DNA of 64,000 nt from Phoronis australis (taxonomy: Eukaryota; Animalia; Phoronida): positions 584,343-648,342 of the forward strand of contig NMRA01000019.1 in the NCBI GenBank assembly GCA_002633005.1. The letters are read 5' to 3'. Position 1 is the stretch's first letter. Each line of letters opens with the position of its first letter. The translations under genes were made by a program, and so were the position numbers. The notes beneath the pieces were generated by a model. It had not been told where the DNA came from, ran no database searches, and saw only the letters and a list, made by a program, of their open reading frames with translations. Of this stretch, positions 28,101-41,512 are shown in pieces.

Positions 28101-31100
28101 CAACAAAGATCTTAAAGCTGCGTTTCGCCCTGTTTAGCTGACTGAAAATTAAATTGGCCCTTTTACGCTCATAAAATCGGTCTCATAATAGTCCTTACCG
28201 TGATACAGTTTTATCTCCCTTAGCAACAAAAACAAAGAAACCATTAGCGACTCAAAAAACACTTCAGAGGTTATATGGGTTGTCTAACCTTAAAATTTGG
28301 GAATTTGAAAACAGTGCACGTACGCATTGGCTGCGGCTTGTGTTAGTAGCGCTTATAACCTCCTTGAGGATCACGGTAAGGAATGTTTGAGATTGATTTT
28401 ATGAGAGTACAAGGCCTAATTTTGTTTTCGTTTTTTAGCCGGTAAACTGAGCGTAATGCAGCTTTAACTATCTGTCATAGATTCCTTCAGGTAACTGAAT
28501 CATAAGTACGTCTTACATATTTTTCTCAAAAATACGTCCATTTTACAGGACTTGGTGAAAAACTATAGACCTTGCATTCACAAGTTATTATCACTCGTAT
28601 TGGTATGCATGCATTCGTCTCAATTCAAATGCATTACTGACAATACTTCCTGGTTTATTTTGAGTTCCACGCGATTTGCCGTCGACTCTGTTTGACTAGC
28701 TTCTGGAAGTGTTATTGTACACGTATTGTATGTAATATATTGTACGCGAAACACTATCACGGGAGTCACGTGTCAAACTGCATAAAAGGCATTGCGAAGA
28801 TACCATACACCCTTAACACGCAGGTGCGACGTACAATCGTGCTTCTTAATCGGGTACCGTTTCAGTAAGCAACAATTCATACCTTTAGTTGATTAAGAAA
28901 GTTTGCTTTCTTTTCTTAAATAAATAAATAAATCGAGCCAGGAAACCCATGTCAAAACAGTTTGTTTGGAAAACACTTGGGGCTACCAACACACGACCGA
29001 GCCGAGACTATGACGGCACAAACACAAAAAGCACAATGGCACACGGTTTAATGTAGTCAAAAGTCACACACCCCCGGGCGGTTTGACTTAACCTGTTCAG
29101 CACCATAAGATTTACATTCTATCACAGTTCAATTTTGATTACAAAAAGATGGCGGGTGCTTAAAATGATTTCAGTGGTATGGAATTGAAAGGGACACTAG
29201 TCAGTGCTCGTCAAGTATATTTTCTGCAAACGGAATTCCACCCAGTGTTACAGTGACGTACAGTTCTATGTAACTCGCGAAATGTAATTGTTAGTTTAAG
29301 TTTACCGGTTTCCATTAAAAATATACAACTGTGCTGTCAGTGTACGTATATATCAGGACAACCGGTGCGTTTCGCGACGTTTTGTCATTCTTTTCACAAT
29401 AACAGTCGAAAATGCTCGCCAATTCGACAATGTTTTGCTCGTCGTTTAACAATAGATTTCTAAGGACTTGCGGGTTTTGTAGCCAACACGCTAATGTCTG
29501 AAAATCAATTGTGCTGTATTCCCGTATTGGTCCCTTTAATTATCTGAGGAGTTCGCGCCCGATGTCGATCGAAATTTAACACATTTTAACGCAATGATTA
29601 TGTACATAGCAAATGCTCACATAACTTCTCGTGACTCCCTTGAAACGCACATTTGCAGTTGAGGCAACAATTTCAAAGGTCGAACATAAATGTTCGAGAA
29701 TTAAAAAGGTTTTGCAGTGACTTTAATGTAAAAATGCGTACAAATATATTCTCGAGACTTAAGTACCAAATTCGTTAAGCTATTTTAAAAGCTAAATGAT
29801 TTCAACATCACAAACTCGAAAAGAATGCAGAAGGCCTGATATCGTGTCATGCGCTATAATAGAAAGTAGGCCGATCGTGTTCGTGTAATGTTATCGCTGG
29901 AGTACCACGCGCTATCATCAAACATTATTCTCCTCAAGTATTCGCCGAATTTAGGCCAATCGGCCATAAAAAAAACTTGAAATTGAAAAAGAGTCAACAC
30001 GACCGTCTGTAACCTTCAGTCTTGAAAACAAGGTGAATTGGGCAATAGACGGCGACACAATTGTCTTAGTGGTACTTGTTCGGCGTGGTTCTGTAAATAT
30101 TACCCATCGCTAAAATTGGATTTATGTGTCAGCAGGCTGCAGAAGTCTGCCAGGTAAAATGCAATGCGACAGTCATGTAAACGGTAGTGTTCTCGACACA
30201 CTGCAATAAATAGATTCTCTACGTCTTTTACATGATGTCCTTGGCTCAACTGCTGCTTTAAATAATACAAACTGTGTAATAAATGGCGAGATATAAAACG
30301 TAAATATAAGTTGTTTAATAGTTCCATGTAAGTTCTCACAAATAATTTCTGGTAAGATTTTAGCCTCTGAAAGAATCTACCGAGTCTTCGTGCAGAAAGA
30401 ACTACTGGAATGTAATTATATGTAGTTAAATTAATAAATTCTTTGTTTCAGTTCCCAAGCCGTTCTTCTGGAACCCATACCTTCAGAGGCCGCTCCACAA
30501 ACGAAAGGGTGGACAAGTTAGGTTCTCCAACGACCAGACAGTAGAACTAGAGAAGAAGTTTGAAAGTCAAAAATATCTGTCACCCCCCGAACGCAAAAGA
30601 TTGGCCAAAGTTTTACAGCTTACAGAACGACAGGTAAGTTAATTATATGAGATACTCAAACGTTGAGTTGCGTAGTGACTAGTGTGCCAACTAGAAAATA
30701 CGAAAGCACAAAACAATTTCTCTATTATCTTAACTACTAAGAGACGACGGTAGTTGTGAGCACACTGATTGATCGTGAGAATCCACGAGATATTTCGCCG
30801 CGCGTGACAGTTACAGTGCAGGGCCCGACCATTTGTTGAGATCAATCATGAAAATTTAACACGAGGATTGAAGGAGGAATCGGGAATGTTTGGCGATGGA
30901 GGCATTTTTAAGTATCTAGCCACATTCTTAGCGTCGCATGTGTTAGCCAGGTGGAGACTATTTCACACCTTGAAGCAGTTGTAATCAACAGGTCATTTAT
31001 TAATCCCTAAATATACAAACATGTTTAGCCTCCAGTTCTCCACTATTTCTAGTACACACGAGGGGCAATTCGACAGATTTGGTAGATTTCCGCCGGCCAA

Positions 31101-31947
31101 TTGGCCCTGAACCTTTTCACGTTGTCACGCTCTATAGATGCCTGTGTAAACACCTCCTCTACCCAATGTTTGCAGTAAGATAACTGAAAACCCACAGAAT
31201 AAACCATAAACCTTACGCAAAGACCCGCAACTTGACCACTGTGGTATTCGCAGCAAGCTTAATTGTTTCGGTAAGAAATGCAATTACTTGATAGGCATAC
31301 CACCAGCAACTTTCCTTAACCACTCTTTATTTTTTAATTGTCACATTAAATAGAGAGTTTGAAGGTCAACCATTTTTTGTCAATGAATGCTTGTAATACA
31401 ACGCCATGCAATATTAGCTCTAAAACTAGTTGTAGACACGACTCGCTTGGAGTCGCTTCAGGCCATACTCGACATGCTAAAAATGTTGCAGTGAATTATG
31501 TTGCTTACAACACATTTCTGACCAAGTCTTTAATGTTGTTACTGTAATATGCAAACCATACAGCACTTCGATTACTTTTTAGGTGAAAACATGGTTTCAA
31601 AACAGACGAGCAAAATGGCGAAGACTTAAACAGGTAAGTCAAGCTGGCTTCGTAACTATTCATCTCTAACGAGTCCGTGGTAAGCAAAACAGTTCCCACG
31701 CCTATGATTTTCTAATAAAACTTGAGCAGAGGGTAAGAAAAATGGCAGTTGCTTGGTACGACCAGTTTCGCAGAAGAAAAACTGAGTTTGTCCTGTTACG
31801 ATTTTGCAGGAATCACCGGATCAGGCGAAAACTGATGACGACATAAAGCGTGAAGAAGAATCGAGGCATACGGATGAAGAAGAATCTGAAGGGGAAGATG
31901 TAGCTGAAAACGAGGACGACGAGCAAATCGATGTTACGAAAACGTAA
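22117..31947 (+). CDS. Hhex: Hematopoietically expressed homeobox protein Hex/PRH, 244 aa; exons 22117-22480, 30452-30633, 31583-31633, 31810-31947
   Basis: Exon 1 is Pro-rich with the eh1 motif [10 protein letters not shown]. Exons 2-3 give [59 protein letters not shown]|[17 protein letters not shown], the diagnostic Hex homeodomain. Exon 4 is an acidic tail. All introns are GT-AG with compatible phases (1,0,0). Confidence 0.97.
24100..24372 (-). mobile_element. Decayed tRNA-derived SINE-like element in Hhex intron 1
   Basis: Minus-strand tRNA-like head with B box GTTCGAACC (24308-24316); an internal ~57 bp imperfect duplication (GTGAGTTTAGGGCCATC.. / GTGAGTTTGGGACCATC..). Confidence 0.4.
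27305..27540. mobile_element. PIF/Harbinger-like MITE
   Basis: TIRs GGCCCGTTCCAGAAAACTGACTTA / TAAGTCAGTTTCTTGTAACGGGCC; CTG/CAG-like flanks; internal CTTAAG repeats. Confidence 0.75.
28116..28463. mobile_element. Kolobok-like MITE with TTAA TSD (copy 1)
   Basis: TTAA|AGCTGCGTTTCGCCCTGTTTA ... TAAACTGAGCGTAATGCAGCT|TTAA; long imperfect TIRs of ~85 bp; AG..CT termini. Confidence 0.8.
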
Positions 31948-34797
31948 AGAGATATCGAGCATTCTCGACACCGGTTTTAAAATATGCTGGAGCGGACAGT
32001 CTCTCTTAAATCTTAAATATTTCTAGAGACAGTTGCTCGCGACAATCATTCCAGTTTCGTGCAATGTATGGGTCGATTGAAAGCACCCGGCAAAAAGACA
32101 TCTGTTGTGCGACACAAGCGAAGACTTTCAGTACGGCACCTGGCCGGGTCCGCAGTCACGAACGGCAGGACTCGCGGTGATTGCGTATTAGTAACAACGC
32201 TAGCGATCTGTCGCTCTGGAATTTTAACATCTGAACAGATCGAACTATCGACGATGCAGTTCTGACAAATGTTATTTTTATGATCTGGAAGCCGTGGAAT
32301 GAGGGCAATGGCGGAATTAAGCCCAACTGTTTTGTTGTTCTTGTTAATGTTGTATTAGTACAACTTATTATTTCTCATGTTTTGTAAATGTTTAAATGAA
32401 ATATTTATACGTTTTATTATGCAAAGAGCTATAAGTTGGTAAATATAGTTTAATGGTGTTAAGAAATTGATGTTAAACAACACACTCTACATCCAGACAC
32501 CAACACACCAACACACAAACAACAGTGGTACCTCTCCCATAAAGTAAGTACTAAAGCTCGTAGAATCGGGAGCGACTGGCGTAAAATTTGGCTAAACGAA
32601 AGAAGACAAAATGAAGCTTTGTAAAAATTATTCAGAAAATATGATGGACTTTAATATCACATTTTATAAAAATAGCCTAGTATAATTTCCATACATCGTT
32701 ATCAGATGACGTAACTGGAATAAAACGAGCTATAAAATACGTATTATTTTTACAAGTGGACAGTAACTTGTAAAAATAATCCGTATTTTGTAACGCCTGT
32801 TCACTTGAGGATCGATGACCAACGTTGATCAGTCTTACCACCCGTGAAGTAAATTTGAAGTTTATAAAATACTTCATTATTTCTACGTGTGCCATCAAAA
32901 ATGTGTGTGAACAATCCAAAAGTCATTCGGTTATCTGGTTTATATTTTATAGTTTCTAGAGTATGGCAAAAAGAAGGTTAACGACAATGTTAATAATAAA
33001 ACCACTGGCCTTGAGTGTATTGCTCATTAATCTATTACATTCCCAGCCCATGGCTGTGAAAAAGAGAAATTACTTGACAGAACGGATGACACCGATGTCG
33101 TAAAATAGCTTCTTTATAGTTCGGTCAAGGGTTCTTCACCTACATTTTCCTTGTTCACTCGCAATAGCCCGTATGTATTTCGCGATCCAAAGCGCTCAAT
33201 TGGCTCTTAGAAGTTTATGGAGAGTGAATGCAGTGCCGTATAAGAGATTTGACTTCATAGAAATCATGTACGCGACTCGCCGAATTTAGAGCTATGTAAA
33301 ATCGAGATGCCACCAGAGAAAATGTCGCGTGAGAACGTGTGGACAGGAAAGCAAAATAATATTAAACCGTCATATTTCACAACAAGAATGGCTACCGTTG
33401 GGGACATAATTTGACATATCGTGTTACGTAATGCATGTTGTATATGACGAATTACGTAAATCGGGCCTAAAATCTACCTTCGAATTCATACTCGACTGGT
33501 AGCTAGTCGGTGGGCCCCTGAGGTGTATAACATTTCGTGAGACAGTGTTTTCACCTGGCAATTTGCCGTTTTCTTGTGTGACTCAAAAAAGTGTTTCTAA
33601 TTTACTATCTAAAAAGTTATCACGTTTTTAGCTCCACATGTTCTGTAAAAAATGAGTTTATATCGATTAAACTGTCGCATATGTTGAGCAGCAGACGGTG
33701 CCAGAAACACCAGCATTAGCGTATCAGACACTGAGAAACATATTTCTTGTATCCACGGTAGATGCAGACACCCGCCGTGGGTACTGGAAAAACAAATCCT
33801 TGGCTGAAAGGCAAAAAGTACCGTCAAAGACAGGTACGGAGGTATAGAACGCTCGGTGTTGTCGGAGGTCGGTGAATATCCAGAATTGGAAACGTTTATC
33901 ATTTAGCTGTGGGTATGATAATGGTTAATCATTTTGATGACAGTAGAAAAATCATTTGTTTTGTTGTTGGTTTAATTTTAACTTTGTCATTGGTTTAGGT
34001 ATGTAATTCGACCTGAATCAGTTGATTTTTTTCTAGTACCCCTTTGACATCATTTGATAATCTTCGGCAAATGAAAGGAAGCACGAGTCAGGTTTCTTGT
34101 AAGCAAATTATGTCAAGTGATATCGTTATAAGCCAGTGAAGCTTCACGAATTTGGCATTAATGGATTGGGTATTAATACTTAACAAGATTTTCTACTGTT
34201 TAAAAAAACAGAGACCGTTAGAGCTGAAATAGATTTCCTCATAAGAGGGCGTTACATTCGTCGTTTAAATTATGTGTTAACCAACCTATGGTTTTCTTAA
34301 TAATTTTGCATTACGTCACCAATGCGAGCGAATTGTACGTGGGGCGAGTCGTTGTGCCAACGCAAACACAGGTATTACTAAGGACAAATGAAGGGAAAAA
34401 GTGACACAAAACGAGAAATAAATTTGCTATGACTAACTGCTTGCCGCAACAGAGAAAAGTAAATATATAAATAGCGGGAATTAACATGGAAATTATTATC
34501 ACTCGAACACGTAGATACAACCTCAGACATAAAACACATTTTCTTGTATAATAATGAATTAACAGCTACTATACACCAAAACAAGGAATCTTCTTAAGAA
34601 AGGAAAAGGACAATGCTAGTTACAACAGGTAAGATAAAACACGTGATTACACAACGTAAAAATGGAAGACACTAAAACAAAAAGAAGACGAAACCGGTGG
34701 TAGTATAAACAATTCTACCTCCAGCAGGTTAGTATGCATTTCCATGCAGCATGGTCAATTTTCGAGTCGAGTTTCGAGCACAGAGACTCCGCAACCA

Positions 34798-35199
34798 GGG
34801 CCCGGTCTCCAATCTTTTTACTCGAAATGAAACTCGAAATTAGGTTTGGCATTTTCTACTCTACTTTTGGGCGAACTTAAGAAAAGTGTCTATTATTCTA
34901 TGCTCGAGTACACAATAACTTACGAAGATAATTTATTGCCCTTAGTTCACAGTTTGTAAACCCAATATTAAAGCAATAAGTTCGAGTTTGAACTCGAAAT
35001 TTCGAGTTTTACTCGAGTTTGTAGCACGAATAAAAGGGTCTTCAAGGGCAAACTTGAACTAGAAACTCCTATGCATAAACTATAATGTATTCGAACACAG
35101 TCTGATAACCAATTATCTTAAGTTCACACAAAAAGAGCAGAGAAATTGCCAAAAATAGTTTCGAGTTCGTTTCGAGTACAAAGATTAGAGACCGGGCCC
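34798..35199. mobile_element. PIF/Harbinger-like MITE with TCGA-rich subterminal repeats
   Basis: TIRs GGGCCCGGTCTCCAATCTTTTTACTCGAAA / TTTCGAGTACAAAGATTAGAGACCGGGCCC; many ACTCGAA/TTCGAGT motifs. Confidence 0.8.
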
Positions 35200-38100
35200 A
35201 CGTCTCAAAAATCAAACTGACGACGCGACATACAATACAGCAAACGAGAACCATAATGCCAGCACAAAGGTAGGCAGCACGCTGTGACTTGCACGTCTTG
35301 CGTTTTCTCGAGTTTCTTGCGTTCACGGAAAGCAGTCGTATTACATTTAAATAAGCTCAGAAGTTCGCAGTTAGAACGATCACTTGAATACAGCAATCGC
35401 TAGGCAGTATCAATCACGACCTCGAGAATCTAGGTCATTTATTACAGCCAATGAGCGTCGTCAATTAATTAGTTTTTAATGGTCACTGGCAGTCACATCC
35501 ATGCAAAACCAAAAATGCAGTGTCCCAACGGAGCTAAATTACCTTGTCACTGGTTGCGACTACACGAGTTCAACATCTCGAACACTCACTGATTACGGTA
35601 TATAGCCAGGTCACACTTCAAATAAATTAACCAATCACACAGTAGAATTTAGTCATCTCTGGAAATGGTTACAAGAACTCCGTAGAGGACTGCAACAAGA
35701 ATTGATCGTGACTGGGCTTCGGTGAGAAAGATAAACTGGAGGTTTTAACACCAACACTGGATTTAAACGACCTCCAAGACAACTTTGGAAAAAACAAAAA
35801 CGTCTCTATATTCTTAAATTCAAAAGATTTTTTAACATTTCTAAAATATTAGGTGGTTTGAATATTTCAGTGCAATGAATTTTCAAACAAAAACAAAAAT
35901 GTCAATTCTTAATTCACACGATTTCTACTTTTTAGCTTTCAGCATTTCTAGAATATTAGGTCTTTTGAATATTTCAATATTACTTAATTTCATATCAATG
36001 AAACTTTCATTGAAGAAAAATGAAGAGAGAATTACAAGTGTACTGAATCGTATTAATTTTTGAGATGTCGTGCATTCGCAAAAGCATGATTTTGCTTCAA
36101 TCATTCAGTGGCATCATATTGTCTTATTGTGATTAGTAGTTACATTCTACACTGAGAACGACTTGTGTCGATTTTTCCCTTTAAATTTACTAGTCGTAAA
36201 CAAGAGGCATAATTTTGTTGAGTTCATGACCAGTATCCAAAAGAGGATTTTCTGACAGAACAAAGATACCAACTGAGAAGCCAGAAATAGCTCTCCGCTG
36301 CTTAGTCATCTAAAATAATTTTAACGATTCAAATTTGATTACTGAAATACAAGGTACACATGGTACACAAGCTACGTAGATAAAACTGATTGTAAACACA
36401 AACGAACAACAGGACAAGCATTGATGTAAGAATCCCAACATCAAAAACATTCATGTGCACTTCCTACACACCTGTAAGTTAACAACTGTATAATTAGCAC
36501 AAGGAATTAGCACAAGGAATTAGCATGAACGAACGGTCATCGACATCCCTAAGATGTCACATAACGACAATTTTGACGCTGTTAATTTTTTATTCAACAT
36601 TTCCGACAACATATTCTTTAAACTAAAAATATCCTGCACAGTAGGTCCGAATACCGGCATTATCAGAGCGAAGAGCTCCCCTGGTGCCAACAGTCTGGTA
36701 GTCTATCAACGAACTGGTCGATATTACGCGATAAAATACATTAGTGTTATGATAAATAGTCCCAGACCCTCCTAGTCGACAAGTTATTGGGTAGTTCTCT
36801 ACACACTAACAACGGGACGCTATCTAATTCTAATAATCAAATGTGACAGATTAAAAACGGCGGTGTCAAATGATTCCTACAATTGTTTGAGGGTCACAGT
36901 GTAATAGGCAAATTAATTGATTTCTTATCGGTGTACTTCATTATGAAATGGGCAACACGCCTGTCAGTGTTTTGGCAATGTAAATAATTATTTTATGAAC
37001 TTTTGTGGATTTAATTTTTAAAAGCCATTGCGGAAATTCAGCTGGTCACATTATTTCTAGTAAAGCTACCGCGTCCCAATTTCAGAAAATCAAAGTATAT
37101 GGATCTTGTTTCGTTTCTAAGTATTGAAATTGCAATAGACACGCGGCACAAAGTACAAAATCGCATTGGCTTAGTTTTCGAAAGACAACTGTTTTTTTCA
37201 AAATAATTTTCCAATGCATTAACTCATTTCTCGCACATATTTAGCGGAAAATTTTCAAACAAAAATTAAAAACCGAAACAAAAACAAGCACACGTCGAAA
37301 CAACTTTTGAAAAGGCGAAAACACTGTTTTGTGTGTAAACGTGTAACTATTTTATAGATATAGACAATAGACATCATGACGTTTGTGATTAACATCGACT
37401 TGCGAGATATCTTCTACTTTTGAAAACAGGACACAATTAACTCAAAAGCCACTTGTCTAAAGACACCTTTAAGGTCCTTAGGGCATATTTTACTTTGTTT
37501 TAGCGTACTTGTAAACTAACGAATCATTTGAACATTCAAAATTCAACTTTTCATAGATCTCAAAGAAATTCAAAGCATGGATTTGATGTTTATAAATTTT
37601 GAGAGCACGCTATCTTCTTAAAGCACTTGCTTTTAATTTTATCAGCAATCACTATTAATTATACCGTATCTATAATAACTTTTGCTATCACACTCCGTAC
37701 TCGTCCAGTTATCACTAGACGGGATTTAAGATCCGATACTTTTAACATGCTTTCCGCGCGTGGGGCGCTCCGAGTGATTATCTATTTCACACAGAATCGT
37801 GAAGATCGTACAATCCTTGGAAGACGAAAAAACAACGAACTAAACGGGATGGAATAACAGGAATTCGAAAGTGTGTTGTCTAGACAAAGACAACATGTCC
37901 AGTGAGATGCGCATGGTATTAGTTACATGAAATTGTTATTGAAAATCGAGTGTTAAAAATGTACGGCCATGAAGAATTGGTCCCTCGATGTATTGAATGT
38001 GCGAGCACTTGGGCCCATGCGCCCACATTTTCACTGAAATAAAGTGTATGATCGACCAATTTTAAAATTTTATCGAGAGCGTTCCACGTAAGCTAGAGGC

Positions 38101-41100
38101 GTAGGAAGACACCTAGCAAGCTTTACTGGGGAAAAATAAATAACGTTTCTGTCAGACGTTTTCTCTAAAATGTGTCTCGACTCAACTTGTTTCTTATTCG
38201 GACAAGAATGATATCTAGGTAAGGCGGGAACACGTGACAGTCAGGCACATAAAATGACCAGGATTCTCTCTCTGGAAGAGTCCATTGGCTTGTGTCTTTC
38301 GACTTTCGTCCAAAAATCAGTCTACGGGTGGCTTAGCTTGTTTCACGAAAACGAGCTAAGGCTGAATGTCAGCAAATCTGTCTACAACTCGAAGTCAAAA
38401 GACACTGTCAGAAATACACTGTCTGCTCGACTAGACAGAAGACAAAAACGTTTCGAGAAACACAAATTGAAGATAAATTCAACTTTTGGTCATTCGTAAC
38501 CAGATTTCTTGCTTCTGGTTAAAAGTAAAAAAAAAACAAGTCAATACTCTCTCCGCGAAAAAGGCCCCTGCTATGACAAGTCACCACATCGAGTTAGATC
38601 TCACTGAGTCAAGCAACGACCAACTGTCAGTTCTCGCCAAGCAGGGTAAGGAAATTATCAAATGTCCCGGGATAGATAGGTGTAATGGGAAGCAGGCATA
38701 ATCCGGCAAAATTTATTTTTGTTGTCGGAAGGTGGGGAGGTTTCGGTGTTTTTAGTGCGAGTCAATTATTTACTCCTAATAATCTAACAGCGAAATCACG
38801 ACAACGTCTATGCAATGTAAAGGGTAACTTGTAATTTCAAATACAGAACATGCGCAACTATTGCAGTTGTAAACCTGGGAATAATCCGCATTAAAAATAA
38901 CGTCCAATTCTCGATCTGAAACTGCTTTTATGGCCAATTGAAAAACATAATCTTCGCCAATGGGCTAGCAGAAATGTTCACAGCTGAATGACAGTGAACT
39001 TTTTACCTTTTCCAGACTCGGAGAAGATTGCCCATTAGAGTGAAGATAAAAGAAACGCTAAAATTCGCCCCACCTATGGCAGACGACATGATTAATGAAA
39101 TCCCGTGAGATAAGGTAGAAATATCATTTGAAAACGGGACCATGTCATCGCGCTTGTCAGGTATTTGACGGAGGGTTTACATTATTATCGCAAATACTCA
39201 AGATTTCACGTGTTAATAGGCGCCAACGACAGTCAACGACAAGCCAATAGTAACGTGATTAGCACAATCATACTTCCGTATCTCTCTCCACAAAACACCT
39301 ACCAGTTTAGCGACACCTTTTACGGCTTCGTGCATGAGTGTAAGGAGCAAACGGGCCTGATGCCCTGAAGAACGCAAATTTGAATTCTTTCGAGGGTTGT
39401 TACATATACGTGTTTGGCAATAGTGGTTAGCAAATTTTCAAGAAGAAATAAAAAGAAAATAAAAATACTCATTTCGATAATAACCTTTATTTAGAGCAGA
39501 GATGTTAATGTTCTATGAAATCTCATTTAGATGACGGTCAATAATTGCCGAAATGCAATAATTGCAAACATTATAAAAAATACTTTAAGCCGCAAAAATA
39601 CTTATCAAAATTACGTAGGACCCAAGAAAAATGTCAAATTTGACTTGAACTTCAAATCATCACATCTCAGAAATGGCCGATCCTATTCATATGAAACTTT
39701 CAGATAACATGCTTTATGCAGGATTCCCCAAAAATGCTGCCAGCATTTGTTTTTAATTTGATCAACTTTAACGATTTTAATGAAAAAATGAACCGTTGCA
39801 TATATCAAAAAAGAAATGACAATTTATAAAACTGTAGCAGCATTTGTGAGATTTTCTCTTGAAATGTTGTATCAAACTGTTGTGTAAAACTGTTGTATCA
39901 AACAGTCACATAAGTGATACTGCTGTTTTGCTGTGTATATTTTTGCTAAATTTTAGGAATATGACATGGTCACAGTTCTAAGTCAAAAATCAAATTCTAT
40001 AGACTTTCTTTTTCCAGAAAATACATACTTTTCTTGAGTTAAATTCCTATAGATAACATCTTACCTCAAACTTCAAAAGATAAATAAATTACATGTTGTC
40101 AAAAAGAAACATGGTAAACAAAAATGTTCATTAAAAATTTAATGAAATTCAAGTCAGGATGTTTTATTTCAGTTCAGGACGAATAAATTGAATGGTCTTC
40201 CACAAAAACTGGTTTACCAAAAAAATCTTAAGTGTTCTTGATTGCAACCATGTTTGGAAGGTGGACCATAATGATATGTTTTGTCAATTGTTAATTAGCA
40301 GTCTACAAAGCTCTCGTGGCCAAAATTTTGCCTTTTACGCGTTACCTACCCATGAACAAAATTGATGACTTGACTGTGTCACAGTTGCCTGGACAAAGAC
40401 ACCCCATACATAATGTTAAAAGATGAACACAAGTTCTACCTAACCATGTCTGCTTTATTAGCCCATCCCTGTAGGTGCTGCCACCTGCAGCAAACCACTT
40501 AAATTAATGCAAGGATTGAACAAATAACAGTAATGAATTTAACAATATACAATATTTAACAAGTTAACCTTTTGGTCTCTTGCAGACCCTCAACACATTA
40601 CCAAATTCGTGGACAATTTGAAAAAGTGAAATATTTACGTTTTGAGGAAAGATGGTTGAAAGAATGCTATAGTATAAAGCACATATATTAAACCACATGT
40701 ACATGCAAGGAACAACTTAAATCTCCCAGTGGGACAAACCTGTACACCCTCACATATGTCACAATTACGACCTTGGCGACCCCTGCAGCTGAGAAGGAGG
40801 CACCACAGGATAAAAACAACACTGAGCACAAACCCTGAAATGAAGGTGAAGCAGAGCTGAAATATGTTTTGGTAAACACCAAGAGAAATACAATGTGAAG
40901 GGCATTAGCGCCATCTATTGAGCAAAGCCCATATTAAGGTACAAGTACATGTACACGTATATCCACAAATAAGTGAAGGCGTTAATTTATAAGAAAAATC
41001 ACAATCCTGTCATTCAAATATTCACTTTGAGGCAAAATAATCGCATACAATCATCTTCAGTAATATCTTATAAATAATGAATGCAGTGTTCAAGTTTTAT

Positions 41101-41512
41101 AAACAGTGGAAGACAGATTTTTTGCCATGTATTTAACAATTTGTATTTCTATCTGAAAATCGTAAGGTAAAAAATAATTGCAGGTGGTCTGCATGTTGTA
41201 CCAGACGTTTGCAGGCTGCTGAGGTGGACCCATGGTCCTTATCACATGGAACCATTTTTATGCTTTATCAATATATAGCTAAAACCTAGCTGAGGAGCTA
41301 GAGATCTGACTCAATGGTCTAACATAAATTATATGATGCTTCTTCAAAGTTAAGGAATAATGAATTTTTCTTTGCTTGAAATTGCACACTATTTCATTCA
41401 CAGGCTTTAGAGAGGTATCAATGCACAAATCTTATTTTTAACGTTGAATTCCAACTTTACATTTTTACTGAACAGAAATCTTCAATTGGCGAAATCAAAT
41501 CCGTCTGAAAAT

